A DNA stretch of 62,591 bases from Bacilli bacterium (GCA_900769635.1 CAAGHJ010000053.1:1-62591); one strand, 5' to 3'. Positions 34,181 to 44,194 are shown, counted from the stretch's first letter. Made by a program: numbers and translations. Notes: a model not told the origin generated them from the letters alone.

Positions 34181-35119
34181 TTACATTTCTACTAATTCCA
34201 TATAATTTTCGGGGAAGCCCATTCTATCTAGGACTCTTGCTATGGGAATGGAATCTACTCTTCCATCTAATTTTTCGATTTCGTATTCTATTTCTTTTAG
34301 CATTACACGGAATTCACTTTTTCTTAATAGGTATTTTAGCATTATTATGACGGCAAATATATCGTTTTTTCCATATATATACTCTCCGTCCATTTTGTTT
34401 ATTCTTAATTTTCTATGATACTCGTTATCGTCGATGTATTTCTCGGTCTTGTGATCAAATACTATATCTTCGTGAGCACATAAATTTCTATAATTGGATA
34501 GTATGGGAAGAAATTCATTCATATATTCGACAGATACGCCAAAGGTATCGGCAACGGCTACTTGGTCTTCTTTCTTTAATATGGAAAATAGTTCACATAC
34601 TAATCCGAAAGATAGGACTTTCACTAAGACCCACATTGGTATATAGCCGTATTTGTTTAGGTAATGGATTGTTGCATTATGGCGAGAGGCATTTATTCTT
34701 ACTTGTCGTTTTATTTTTTCTATGATGTCTTTTACTCTTCTTTTTTTTGTGGGATCATTTGTAAAACTTTTATGATTTAAGTAGTCTTTTTCCATATATC
34801 CATAGTTTTTTGATAATTGATATGATATGACGCTTTTTAATTGGTTTTCTATTATTAATAGATTTTTGAACATTATATTGCGAAAATATCTATCAAACAG
34901 AAATATGGAATATAGTTCTCTAAATGTTGATGCGGGGACAAATGTTTTATCACTATAAGAATTCATTAAAACATGTCTATACCCACTTATGAAAAAGTAA
35001 TTTTCTCTTAGGAGTATTTCTTTTGTTTCTGTTACATCTTCTATTATTAGGCCTTTTTCTTTTAGTATCTCTATTTGTTCATCTAAGTTTTTAAAACTTT
35101 TTACTTTCATTTCTTTCAC
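34181..35119 (-). CDS. Abi_2 (AbiD/AbiF-like) abortive-infection family protein
   Basis: LKEKGLII.D...A...L...NYFFISGY, FLFDRYFRNIMFKNLLIIENQLKS, SFGLVCELFSIL, LSNYRNLCAHED. Confidence 0.75.
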   Translation of the reverse strand: MKEMKVKSFKNLDEQIEILKEKGLIIEDVTETKEILLRENYFFISGYRHVLMNSYSDKTFVPASTFRELYSIFLFDRYFRNIMFKNLLIIENQLKSVISYQLSKNYGYMEKDYLNHKSFTNDPTKKRRVKDIIEKIKRQVRINASRHNATIHYLNKYGYIPMWVLVKVLSFGLVCELFSILKKEDQVAVADTFGVSVEYMNEFLPILSNYRNLCAHEDIVFDHKTEKYIDDNEYHRKLRINKMDGEYIYGKNDIFAVIIMLKYLLRKSEFRVMLKEIEYEIEKLDGRVDSIPIARVLDRMGFPENYMELVEM

Positions 35120-35146
35120 AATACCACCTATCTCATAGTTTATTTT

Positions 35147-35155
35147 AGTATATCA
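35147..35155 (-). promoter_or_regulatory. extended -10 (TGATATACT) for Abi_2-htrA
   Basis: The reverse complement of agtatatca, about 28 nt upstream of the ATG at 35119. Confidence 0.4.
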
Positions 35156-35252
35156 CATTTAAGCGTAAATTGATACTTTTTTTGTGTTTTTTCACATATT
35201 TTTTAGATTATTTCTTTTATTTGTGATATACTCAAATGGAGGTGATATGATT

Positions 35253-35666
35253 ATGGATATTATTATTAAAAGAATGGAAGAAAAGGAACATAATATGGTT
35301 CTTGATTTATATGAAAGGGTTTTTGATAAAAAACAGATTCAGCCTTTTCATATTAGTGATAGTAATGGTATATTTGTTATTGCTAAGGATAATGACAGGG
35401 TTGTGGGATTAGTGCAACTTGATATTATTGTTGATGTTTTTAAGGGTATTAAGTATGGTTTTATTAATAGTGTTTGTACTGATGCTCAATATAGGGGAAG
35501 GGGTATTGGTGATAGGATGATTAAGGAAGTTCATAGGATTGCTAAGGAAATGGGCTGTTCTTATATTGAACTTACTTCTAGCGATTCTAAAAAAGCTGCC
35601 CATCGTTTATATTTTAAGAATGGTTATGTTATTAGGGACACTAATGTTTTTAGGGTTTCATTATAA
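35253..35666 (+). CDS. GNAT family N-acetyltransferase
   Basis: QYRGRGIGDRMIKEVHRIAKEMGCSYIELT (acetyl-CoA motif A). GGAGGTG SD 8 nt before ATG 35253. Extended -10 TGATATACT at 35224-35232. The upstream part of the track ORF was discarded. Confidence 0.8.
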   Translation: MDIIIKRMEEKEHNMVLDLYERVFDKKQIQPFHISDSNGIFVIAKDNDRVVGLVQLDIIVDVFKGIKYGFINSVCTDAQYRGRGIGDRMIKEVHRIAKEMGCSYIELTSSDSKKAAHRLYFKNGYVIRDTNVFRVSL

Positions 35667-35679
35667 TATAAAAGGAATA

Positions 35680-36039
35680 TTACTGAAGTTTAAAGTATAT
35701 TCCTTTTTTTATTAATTCATTTGAAGCATTGTAATCGTAGGGTACGTATCCTATTTTTAGCAGATGTTCTATTACTATCATATTGTAATTTAGGGCAAAG
35801 AGGAAATTTATGAGTAACATCATTATTATGCTTACTAGTATCCCTATTTTTAATTTAAATGTGGCTATAAACAGAGCAATGATTGCTAATTGGAGAAGAA
35901 GTATTAGTACGCCTAATTTTATATTTTGTTTTTTGAGGGGATATAGGGGACCTAAATACAGCATTTTCCATGCTATTCCGTAGTCGCATTCTACTATATT
36001 TTTTTCATCATAATAGTATTTTAAATATATTTTCTTCAT
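35680..36039 (-). CDS. small membrane protein, unknown function
   Basis: Start at the ATG after a GGAG SD; two or three TM helices. Confidence 0.55.
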   Translation of the reverse strand: MKKIYLKYYYDEKNIVECDYGIAWKMLYLGPLYPLKKQNIKLGVLILLLQLAIIALFIATFKLKIGILVSIIMMLLINFLFALNYNMIVIEHLLKIGYVPYDYNASNELIKKGIYFKLQ

Positions 36040-36100
36040 AGTAACTCTCCTTATTTTATATGTTAATGATAACATAATTTGTTTTTTTTTACAAGGGGGG

Positions 36101-37633
36101 TTATTTGTTTAATTCTTTTACTCTCTTTTTTACTTTTTCATTTTTCTTAATGTTTCCATATACTGATGTTTTTACTTTTTCTAATTTGTATCTATTGTTA
36201 TCTAATATTTTTCTCATTTTGGTTATGTTGTTTAATATTTGTTCTGTTTTTTCGGGGTCATAATTTTGGAATTTTTCTTTTATTTCTAATTCTAAACTTT
36301 TAAGACGGTCTATATTGCTATCGAGCATCATTCCGACATCTGCTAGGGAATAAAGGGTATAATCTAGTTCTGTTAGGTAATCTGGTGCTTCATACACTTT
36401 CTTTTTCACCTCTTCTATGTGAACTGTTTTTCTTATATTATCAACCATTTTTTTTGTTGCAACGGCATTCATTGCTATTGATGGAAATACGCCTTTTAGT
36501 GGTGTTAACAAAAGGGCAAAAAAGTACTTAGCGTCATAATATAGTAATTTATCGAGGTTTTTGATTTGTTTTTCTATTACTTCTCTTGATGTTATTTTTT
36601 CTATTTGCGAGGCTAGTTTATTCATATTGTTTTCTTGTTTTATAAGAAATTTATCCATTTTTAGGCTTATTTTTTGGAATTCTTTTGTGTTTTCAACGTA
36701 GGCATCGTAGGATTTATCTTGTTCCTTTCTTAACTCCAGTTTTTGTTTATTTTGCTCATCTAATTTTTGATTTTCCTTCTCTATTTCTTCTAATTTTACG
36801 TATAGGATTTTGTATTCTTCAAATAATTCTAAATGTTTTTTGACATCTTCCTTGTCTTCAGTTGTTGCTAATTCTTTGTATTTTATTATGTCATCCATTA
36901 ATCCTTCATCATTTAACCATATTATATCTTCGAGATAGTTATTTTCTTTAAATATTTGGTATTGTTCTTTTAGTTTTTTTATTTTTTCTATTAATTGCAT
37001 TAGTTTTTTTCGTTCTTCTTCTATTTTTTCTTTGCTTTGATAGTCTATTTGGCCTTTATTTATTAGGTATAATTCGCTTTCTATTACTTCTAATTCGTTC
37101 AATTCTTTTTTTAATTTATTTTTTATTTTTTTTAGTATTTGATCTTTTTGATTATTTAATTGTTTTTCTTTTTCTAGTTGTTGAGTTATTTTTTTTTGTT
37201 CCTCAGTAATACTATTTGCTTCTGGTAAGACAGGTGGTGGGGTTATATTTAATTTTTGAGGTTTATTTTTTTCTGGGGATGTATCGTTGTGTTTTTGTTT
37301 TTTTTGTAAATCTTCTGTTTTTGAAAAATTGCTACTTGTTGTGGACTGTTTTTGTTCAGGAATGCCTTTTTTGTGAGTAATATTTGGTATTTGCGATGGT
37401 GCAGACTTTTCTAATTGTTTTTCTATTTTTTCTTTTTTTTCGTTTTCTAATTTTTCTAATTTTTGGTACTCTTTTACTTGATTTACTGATTTGTTTATGG
37501 GGACTCCAAATCTTTCATACTCTACTTTTTTAGTTTTTTGTAGTGGTGTCTCTGTTACCCGAGATGGAGTTTTGGATTTTTGATTTATTTTTTTTAGTCT
37601 TTCTCTTAATTTACCTAATTTATTTCCGTTCAC
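36101..37633 (-). CDS. K/E/Q-rich coiled-coil protein, unknown function
   Basis: 510-aa ORF of heptad-like charged sequence with one hydrophobic segment (FFALLLTPLKGVFPSIAMNAV). Confidence 0.55.
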   Translation of the reverse strand: MNGNKLGKLRERLKKINQKSKTPSRVTETPLQKTKKVEYERFGVPINKSVNQVKEYQKLEKLENEKKEKIEKQLEKSAPSQIPNITHKKGIPEQKQSTTSSNFSKTEDLQKKQKHNDTSPEKNKPQKLNITPPPVLPEANSITEEQKKITQQLEKEKQLNNQKDQILKKIKNKLKKELNELEVIESELYLINKGQIDYQSKEKIEEERKKLMQLIEKIKKLKEQYQIFKENNYLEDIIWLNDEGLMDDIIKYKELATTEDKEDVKKHLELFEEYKILYVKLEEIEKENQKLDEQNKQKLELRKEQDKSYDAYVENTKEFQKISLKMDKFLIKQENNMNKLASQIEKITSREVIEKQIKNLDKLLYYDAKYFFALLLTPLKGVFPSIAMNAVATKKMVDNIRKTVHIEEVKKKVYEAPDYLTELDYTLYSLADVGMMLDSNIDRLKSLELEIKEKFQNYDPEKTEQILNNITKMRKILDNNRYKLEKVKTSVYGNIKKNEKVKKRVKELNK

Positions 37634-37669
37634 AATATCACTTCTTTCTTTATATATTATACTTTTTTT

Positions 37670-38341
37670 TTACTTTTTTGTAAAGTATGTTTCTAAGGAT
37701 ATGGCTAATAGTCTTGCTATTTTTTCTTGATATTTTTGATCTCTTAATATATAGTTATCACTTGGATTTGATAGGAATCCTACTTCGACTAATACTCCTG
37801 GAACTTTTATTTGTTTATACATATAGTAATTATCTTCTTGTTTTAATTCTCTTACATTACTAAGATTTCTTGTCATTTCTTCATAAATGGTTTGAGCTAA
37901 GTATTTGTTTTGCTTATTTGTACTTGTGTAAAAGATTTGCATTCCACGCCATTTGCTATTTGCTGTGGAATTTAAATGAATTGATAAATATAAATCTGGA
38001 TTGGTTTTGTTTATTTTTTGAGCACGGTTTGTTAGATCTGATCTTTTTCTATTATGTGTTTGAGTGGATAAGTCTGTATCTTTATCTCGTGTTAAGTATA
38101 CTGTGGCTCCTTTTTTTATTAATTCTTTTTCTACTTTTTGGACTATTTCTAAATTTATTGTTTTTTCGTATATTCCACCCGCAATAGCGCCTGAATCTGG
38201 ACCACCGTGGCCAGCATCTAAATATATTGTTTTACCAATCAGTGTATAATCGTTTATGATGGCGTAAGTTTTGGAGATGGTGAATGTTGTGATTACGACT
38301 AATGCTAACAACAGCGTTTTTATTTTGTTTATTTCTCTCAT
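37670..38341 (-). CDS. cwlD: N-acetylmuramoyl-L-alanine amidase CwlD (germination-specific type)
   Basis: N-terminal anchor; IYLDAGHGGPDSGA; TR.KDTDL; LYLSIHLNS....KWRGMQIFY; VEVGFLSNPSD. Colinear with B. subtilis CwlD as I recall it. Confidence 0.75.
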   Translation of the reverse strand: MREINKIKTLLLALVVITTFTISKTYAIINDYTLIGKTIYLDAGHGGPDSGAIAGGIYEKTINLEIVQKVEKELIKKGATVYLTRDKDTDLSTQTHNRKRSDLTNRAQKINKTNPDLYLSIHLNSTANSKWRGMQIFYTSTNKQNKYLAQTIYEEMTRNLSNVRELKQEDNYYMYKQIKVPGVLVEVGFLSNPSDNYILRDQKYQEKIARLLAISLETYFTKK

Positions 38342-38396
38342 TATCTCACCTAAGTAATTATATGTGTTGATACAAAAGAAAAAGACTAAATTTGTT

Positions 38397-39992
38397 TTAG
38401 TCTATGTTTATGATATTTATTACGTCTGACTGGGTTGTATATTTTATATTGACTGTATCGCCTTGTTTTAGGAATGGTATTTTATTTTCATTTATTTTTA
38501 TATTAGTCTTGTATTTTTGGCCATTTGTATCTTCTATATAATAGTATGTTTCACCTGTGATGTATGCTTTATCAATCCAAGCTATGGTTATTTGATTTTC
38601 TTTTATGGTTCCTTCTTCGTAGGTACTGGTAACTTTTTTTAGATAATTTTCGGCGGCGGTATTTATTCCTAAGGATGCATCTGTGACTACTACTTTTTGG
38701 TAATCTGTTGCATCGACAAAGGCATACATTTTTACTAGGCCAGCTTTATCTTTCAAACTCATTAGGTATGTTGGTTTATTGTTCAGGTTGATTAGAAGAG
38801 GAAATGTTGAAGTGTACTTCATTTGTTGAACTGCTCCTTCTGCTGAGGCCATAGCACTGTATTCTTCGGCCCCCACGACTTGATAATAGTTTGTTTCCTT
38901 TGTTCTCATATTACAGAGGATAAAACCTAAGTTGGATTCATCTGATGATACAGAGGTTATTCCTGTATACAAATATACATCATCATCCATAGTCATATAG
39001 TTGTAGCCCTCGGTGGCCATAACGACTTTTTTTTGACCGAGTAGTGAGTTTATAAATCCTTTTTGGTATTTTCCCCAATCGTTTATTTGTTCTATGATTA
39101 GATTGGCTGAATATACGTGGTCTACCCATTTGGGAATATCTTCTTTATTGTATTTTTTGCTTTGTCCTGTTATTGGGTCTAATAAAACAACTCCTATTAT
39201 GTCTTTTCGCATTTCTACGCCTTTGTATGATACTATTGGAGCTACCCAATATGGATTTCCTTCGTTATCTAATTCGAAATTTATTTGGTCAAAAATTTGG
39301 GTTGGATATTTAAATCTTAATTTTCGGTATAGTTTATCATTGAAAAGAGCACTTGGCATATATTTCATTCCTTTTTTTAGTTTTACTAGTTTTGATTCGC
39401 CAGTTACGGAGTTGACTGTTATATATCCTTTTATGCCTTCTTTGTGATTGGTAAAATATTTTATAATTGAGGCGTATTCTAATGGGGTTACTCTTATTAT
39501 TTCATTATTGTAATTTATTTGCGTATATAGGTTTGACACATTGAATTGACTTACGAGGTCTGGCAGTCCTCCCATTACACGGTCCCCTAATTTTTCACTG
39601 GAATCTTTATCTAAAAGTGGAACTAGATTGAAATCTACTTCTTTTATGTTTTCAGAAAATTTTTCTTTATCATTTACTTTAATTCTTTTGGCGTAGCTTT
39701 TGGAGTTCAAGAGTGGGGAGTATATTATATTTATTATTATAATTAGAAAAAATATTATTGGTATTAGGATTGTGGTTTTTGAAATAGTTGGCTTTGTTTT
39801 TTTTGCTGTAAATATTTTTTGTTTTATATTTATTATGTCATATATATTTATTAATTTATAAAATATGTAAATTGTTATTACATAAATATAAAAATTGAAA
39901 CTGTGTAAATTAATGGCAGGAAGTGTAATATAATATGTAATACTAGCAAAAAGTAATGTCCATATTATTTTTTTTAGTTTGAATTTATTCAT
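38397..39992 (-). CDS. polytopic N-terminal-anchor protein with a large extracytoplasmic domain, unknown function
   Basis: 531 aa; three N-terminal TM segments; 4-nt overlap with the upstream gene. Confidence 0.6.
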   Translation of the reverse strand: MNKFKLKKIIWTLLFASITYYITLPAINLHSFNFYIYVITIYIFYKLINIYDIINIKQKIFTAKKTKPTISKTTILIPIIFFLIIIINIIYSPLLNSKSYAKRIKVNDKEKFSENIKEVDFNLVPLLDKDSSEKLGDRVMGGLPDLVSQFNVSNLYTQINYNNEIIRVTPLEYASIIKYFTNHKEGIKGYITVNSVTGESKLVKLKKGMKYMPSALFNDKLYRKLRFKYPTQIFDQINFELDNEGNPYWVAPIVSYKGVEMRKDIIGVVLLDPITGQSKKYNKEDIPKWVDHVYSANLIIEQINDWGKYQKGFINSLLGQKKVVMATEGYNYMTMDDDVYLYTGITSVSSDESNLGFILCNMRTKETNYYQVVGAEEYSAMASAEGAVQQMKYTSTFPLLINLNNKPTYLMSLKDKAGLVKMYAFVDATDYQKVVVTDASLGINTAAENYLKKVTSTYEEGTIKENQITIAWIDKAYITGETYYYIEDTNGQKYKTNIKINENKIPFLKQGDTVNIKYTTQSDVINIINID

Positions 39993-41017
39993 TTATTTTT
40001 CTTCCTTTCGTCAGTATCTTCTAATATCTCATTTTTATAAATTCCTATTATTCCGTTTTTTATAGTATTTTTTAAACTATTTTCATCATAGGTTGTGAAT
40101 GTATTACTTTGATAGTTATAGCTGTAATATTTTTTTTCTTCTTCTATTATAATGAATGGTAACCTTTCTTTTCTTTTATAATAGTAGGTTGTTATGTTTA
40201 TTTTTTCGTTTGGTAAATATTTTGATATTATTTCAATTAACACATCTTTTTGATAAACGGGGGGAATATTCTTTATATTTAGTACTGTAGGAAGCACTTG
40301 AAGAATTAGAGATAATGATGGAGTTTCTTCTTTTAATCTTTGTTCTAATATTTCATCATTATATGTTGCTTTGATATAATTTATTTTCTTGTCAATTTCG
40401 GGAATGTTGTTATGCCTTCCAAAATATTTTGTTTTGAATTTTGCATAAATGTTTGGTAAATCTTTAAATAGATTTATTTTTAATTTATCATCTAGATTTA
40501 ATTCTACAAATTCTTCTTCGCCATTATCTATAAGTGTTGGTTGAAGTCCGACTAATGTACATAACAATGTAAATAATTTATTGGTACTTTTTTCATTTAC
40601 ATTTGAGGTACTTATGGCACTGAAAGGATTTACTGTTTGCCACTGATTATCTATGGATGCTTCTTCATTTTTTTCAGGATTATTATTAATGTTGTATTTT
40701 ATTCTTTCACCAAGAGCTATATAAATATAACGTGCTTTTTCGATTGGTAATTGAGTTTCATTAATATTTTGTATTATTTCTTTTATTATCTTTACAGCTC
40801 TTTTATAATCTTCAAAGGTTGAATATATATATCCTATTTTATCACGTATTTTATCTGAATATAAAAATCTACTCCCGTTTTCTTCTAGGTATATTAACAA
40901 TTCAATTGTGGCTTTTTCTATATCTATGTTTATGTATTTTACTTCTTCGTCTGTTGTTACTTTTCTTGCTTCCTCTAAATTTTGGACATTTGCAATTAGT
41001 GAAGTGCTATTTTTCAT
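39989..41017 (-). CDS. hypothetical cytoplasmic protein
   Basis: 342-aa ORF, translationally coupled to 38397..39992. Confidence 0.55.
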   Translation of the reverse strand: MKNSTSLIANVQNLEEARKVTTDEEVKYINIDIEKATIELLIYLEENGSRFLYSDKIRDKIGYIYSTFEDYKRAVKIIKEIIQNINETQLPIEKARYIYIALGERIKYNINNNPEKNEEASIDNQWQTVNPFSAISTSNVNEKSTNKLFTLLCTLVGLQPTLIDNGEEEFVELNLDDKLKINLFKDLPNIYAKFKTKYFGRHNNIPEIDKKINYIKATYNDEILEQRLKEETPSLSLILQVLPTVLNIKNIPPVYQKDVLIEIISKYLPNEKINITTYYYKRKERLPFIIIEEEKKYYSYNYQSNTFTTYDENSLKNTIKNGIIGIYKNEILEDTDERKKNK

Positions 41018-41082
41018 ATAATCACCATTTTAATAATATCATATTTTTTAAAAAAAATAAACATATATTAACTATATGTTTA

Positions 41083-41760
41083 CTATTTTATTACACTTAT
41101 CACTTCTATTTTACCATTTATCTTTTTTCCCATCATTCTACTTTGACCATATTTATTGCTATTTGGGTCATTATACTGATATGTTTCTGTTTTGTTATTG
41201 TATGCTGTTTGCCAAGCTGAATAATCCGAGCATGTAGTAATATCGGTTAAATCAGTACATATTTCTTCTAAATATATTCTTAGCTCATAATTGTATGTAG
41301 CTGGATAAGTACTAATACTTTGAGTTGTTAATGGATATAGTTCTAAGGTATTTCCTGTTAAATTTACAAAACTTCCACTTCTTATTTCACTACCATTCAA
41401 TAATAGTTGCCATTTAAAATGTGAATCTTTTAGAGCGTCATCTATACTGATATTGGTAAGATTTATTTGAAGTGCCAATTTATGACCGCTTAAAGTGGTT
41501 GGAACTGTTACAGTAAATATGCTTTTTGAGGCTTTAGTTGATATTTCGCTTGTAAGGATTGGTTGACCTATTGATGTACTTATATTCTGACCTTGTGAGT
41601 ATACTACTGCAACAGAATCAGAGGTATTTACATTAAATTTTGTTGCTTCTTTAGAAGATGCAACATAATATCCATAGCTAAGCATTAATATCAGGGCAAA
41701 AATAATGGTAACCGTTACAAAGAAAATTGTCATTAATTTTTTAAACTCCACTACTCTCAC
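41083..41760 (-). CDS. small secreted/anchored protein, possible distant paralogue of 24545..25087
   Basis: N-terminal anchor LMTIFFVTVTIIFALILMLSYGYYVA; ...YELRIYLEE... resembles YKVYLWLDG; shares a 22-nt promoter block. Confidence 0.55.
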   Translation of the reverse strand: MRVVEFKKLMTIFFVTVTIIFALILMLSYGYYVASSKEATKFNVNTSDSVAVVYSQGQNISTSIGQPILTSEISTKASKSIFTVTVPTTLSGHKLALQINLTNISIDDALKDSHFKWQLLLNGSEIRSGSFVNLTGNTLELYPLTTQSISTYPATYNYELRIYLEEICTDLTDITTCSDYSAWQTAYNNKTETYQYNDPNSNKYGQSRMMGKKINGKIEVISVIK

Positions 41761-41833
41761 CTCTTTATTATCTTTATGTTATTAATATATCATATTTTTA
41801 AAATAATATCAACCAATTAATAAAAAAAGTTAA

Positions 41834-42814
41834 TCATTTTGAAAAAGTTTTGCTTTTTACTTTTCCTTCATTTAACTTTTTTTTAGGTTTTATATATTGA
41901 TTTAAAAAATATATTTTATCTAGATCATTTGTAAATATTAAATCAGCAAATTCAAGGGCAGCATCTAATTGAAAATCACTATAATGTTCAAATGTTATTC
42001 CTAATCTTTCATTAATTCTTTTTCTTCTTAAAATCGTTTCTTGATCAAATTCTGTATTTTTAGCATATAATATGGTTCTTAGCGTTAATAAGTTATTATT
42101 TTGCCAAATTATTGGATTTTTAGTACCATTAGGATGCCTTATTTCTATTGTATTTTTATATGCTACTTTTTTAGTATTTTTGACATTCACAAAATTTATT
42201 GCTTTAAATTTTTCCATGTTTAATCCTTTTATAACATCAATTACTTCATAATAGAAGCTTCCTTTTAATTCCTGATATCTATTCCAAAAATCTTTAGAAA
42301 CACTACTAGCATATCCCTCCAAATACTTTCTTGGCTTACTATCTTCTCCATATCCAAATCTAAATATAATATTTTCATACGTTGATATTAGTAATAAATA
42401 GTTTAACCAAGCTTTGGGATTTGGTCCTAAAACTTGTGCGCCTACGTGTATATGTGCTCCGCAATTAGTATTTACTATATTGTCTAATCCTACTGTTTCA
42501 CACATTTCTTCTAGTTCTAACCAACTTTCTATTGTATCTGTTAAAATTGGAGTTTGTATTTCATATATTTCTCTTATTGCATCATCACTACAAAGATGCC
42601 ATTTTGAAAACTTCGAGGAATTAAGTTTATTTCGTATTTGTGTTAAATTTTTTTTAAAAAATTCTAATTCAAACCCAAATGTTGCGTCACTTGGTATATT
42701 TGTTTTTTCCCTTAATATTAATTTATATTTGCTTGCATAATTTAGAAATTGATGTAATTCTGTCATATTTAGTTTAGATAAGTTTGTATTGCTTTGTTCT
42801 AATCTTTCTGTCAT
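41834..42814 (-). CDS. glutamine-synthetase-fold carboxylate-amine ligase (amidoligase, PF12224-like)
   Basis: FGFELEFF, NCGAHIHVG and NTIEIRHPNGT occur in the order expected for the GS/GCS2/amidoligase fold. Confidence 0.5.
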   Translation of the reverse strand: MTERLEQSNTNLSKLNMTELHQFLNYASKYKLILREKTNIPSDATFGFELEFFKKNLTQIRNKLNSSKFSKWHLCSDDAIREIYEIQTPILTDTIESWLELEEMCETVGLDNIVNTNCGAHIHVGAQVLGPNPKAWLNYLLLISTYENIIFRFGYGEDSKPRKYLEGYASSVSKDFWNRYQELKGSFYYEVIDVIKGLNMEKFKAINFVNVKNTKKVAYKNTIEIRHPNGTKNPIIWQNNNLLTLRTILYAKNTEFDQETILRRKRINERLGITFEHYSDFQLDAALEFADLIFTNDLDKIYFLNQYIKPKKKLNEGKVKSKTFSK

Positions 42815-42937
42815 ATTAAACCTCCTTGATGGATATTATAATATCACAAGGAATTATTTTTTTCAAGCATTTTCACTAACAAGCTGTTAGAAATTTATGA
42901 AAACAAAAAACAAATTTAAAGTTATATTTTTGAATAA

Positions 42938-43693
42938 TTAAAATTTTTTATTACTATTTTTTTCTTGTATAAATGAATTTATATACAATAATGTTTTTAT
43001 TGGCACCATTTTTACTAAAATTTTATTTAATTTCATATTTGGTGGTATTATTATTAATTTATTTTTAAACATATTATCTATTGCATACTTTGCAGCATAA
43101 TTAGCATTTATTTCCCTTATGTTAAATTTTACATTGGCTACATTTTCAAAATTTGTTTTGACTGGTCCTGGACAAAATATTGATATTTTAACATTTGAGT
43201 TGGATCTTTTTAATTCTTCATAAATTCCTAAAGATAAATTCAACACATAAGCTTTTGTAGCGTAATATGTATCCATATATGGTCCTGGCATAAATCCAGC
43301 CATTGAAGCAACGTTTAATAATCTTCCTTTATCTCGCATAACAAAATCTTTTAAGAATAGTTTTGTTAATATATGATAAGCTTTTATATTTAAATCTATC
43401 ATTTTTAGTTCGTTTTCTAACGATGTTTCTGTAAAATTTCCCGCCAATCCAAAACCAGCATTATTTATTACTACATCAATATTCTCTTTTTTTAATTTTT
43501 CATATAATTTATAGCAATTATCTTCACTAGTTAAATCAAGAACTATTGGCATTACAGTTGTTTTAGAATTATTATATAGTTCTTTTATTTTTTCATCATT
43601 TGAGACAACATATAAATCGTATCCTAATTCTATTAAATATTTAGATATTTCTTTTCCTATTCCAGAAGAGGCACCTGTTACTAATGCTTTCAT
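42938..43693 (-). CDS. SDR family oxidoreductase
   Basis: MKALVTGASSGIGKE, NNAGFG, YYATKAYV. Confidence 0.85.
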   Translation of the reverse strand: MKALVTGASSGIGKEISKYLIELGYDLYVVSNDEKIKELYNNSKTTVMPIVLDLTSEDNCYKLYEKLKKENIDVVINNAGFGLAGNFTETSLENELKMIDLNIKAYHILTKLFLKDFVMRDKGRLLNVASMAGFMPGPYMDTYYATKAYVLNLSLGIYEELKRSNSNVKISIFCPGPVKTNFENVANVKFNIREINANYAAKYAIDNMFKNKLIIIPPNMKLNKILVKMVPIKTLLYINSFIQEKNSNKKF

Positions 43694-43701
43694 TTTTCCT
43701 C

Positions 43702-44139
43702 CTATAAATACTTTTTTAAAAGCTCTATGTTTTCATTGTTAAATTTAGCAAGTTTTTTTGCTAGTTTTAATATTTCAGGTTCAGCATCCTTGCTATACCT
43801 ATTAACTTTTTTTTCTATATCTATTTTTCCCATTGTAAAGCCTTTAATTAACATATCGGCAATTTTGGCATCAGAATTGTCCTTTAATAATTCTACCTTC
43901 ATTTCCATATAAGCCATAACATTAGCAATTACTCCTTTTTCTTTTGGTGTGGCTTCGTATTTTTTTAATAACTTTTCGCTATCTTTAATAAAATTTTCAT
44001 ATTCTTTTAGTTCTTCTTCAATAATTTTTTTAATTTTATTATTTTTTTCATTTAATATTTTTATTAGGCTAGTTAAATTTTCTGCACCCATTTTTGCATT
44101 TTGATAAATATATTCTAATATTTCTACATTTTCATTCAT
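43702..44139 (-). CDS. hypothetical helical protein
   Basis: 145 aa, K/E-rich helical, 8-nt gap to the SDR gene. Confidence 0.5.
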   Translation of the reverse strand: MNENVEILEYIYQNAKMGAENLTSLIKILNEKNNKIKKIIEEELKEYENFIKDSEKLLKKYEATPKEKGVIANVMAYMEMKVELLKDNSDAKIADMLIKGFTMGKIDIEKKVNRYSKDAEPEILKLAKKLAKFNNENIELLKKYL

Positions 44140-44194
44140 TTTGTCACTCCCCTTTCATACTTATTATTTTTAATTTTTATTTATTTATACTTCA

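Noticed and set aside
35184-35252. N-terminal 23 codons of the track ORF 35184..35666 (MFFHIFFRLFLLFVIYSNGGDMI)
   Set aside because: This stretch contains the promoter-like box and the GGAGGTG SD for the downstream ATG. GNAT proteins of this size start near MDIIIK.
42868-42895. CTAACA-agc-TGTTAG palindrome as the terminator of the SDR gene
   Set aside because: The stem is only 6 bp with no adjacent T-run on either strand.
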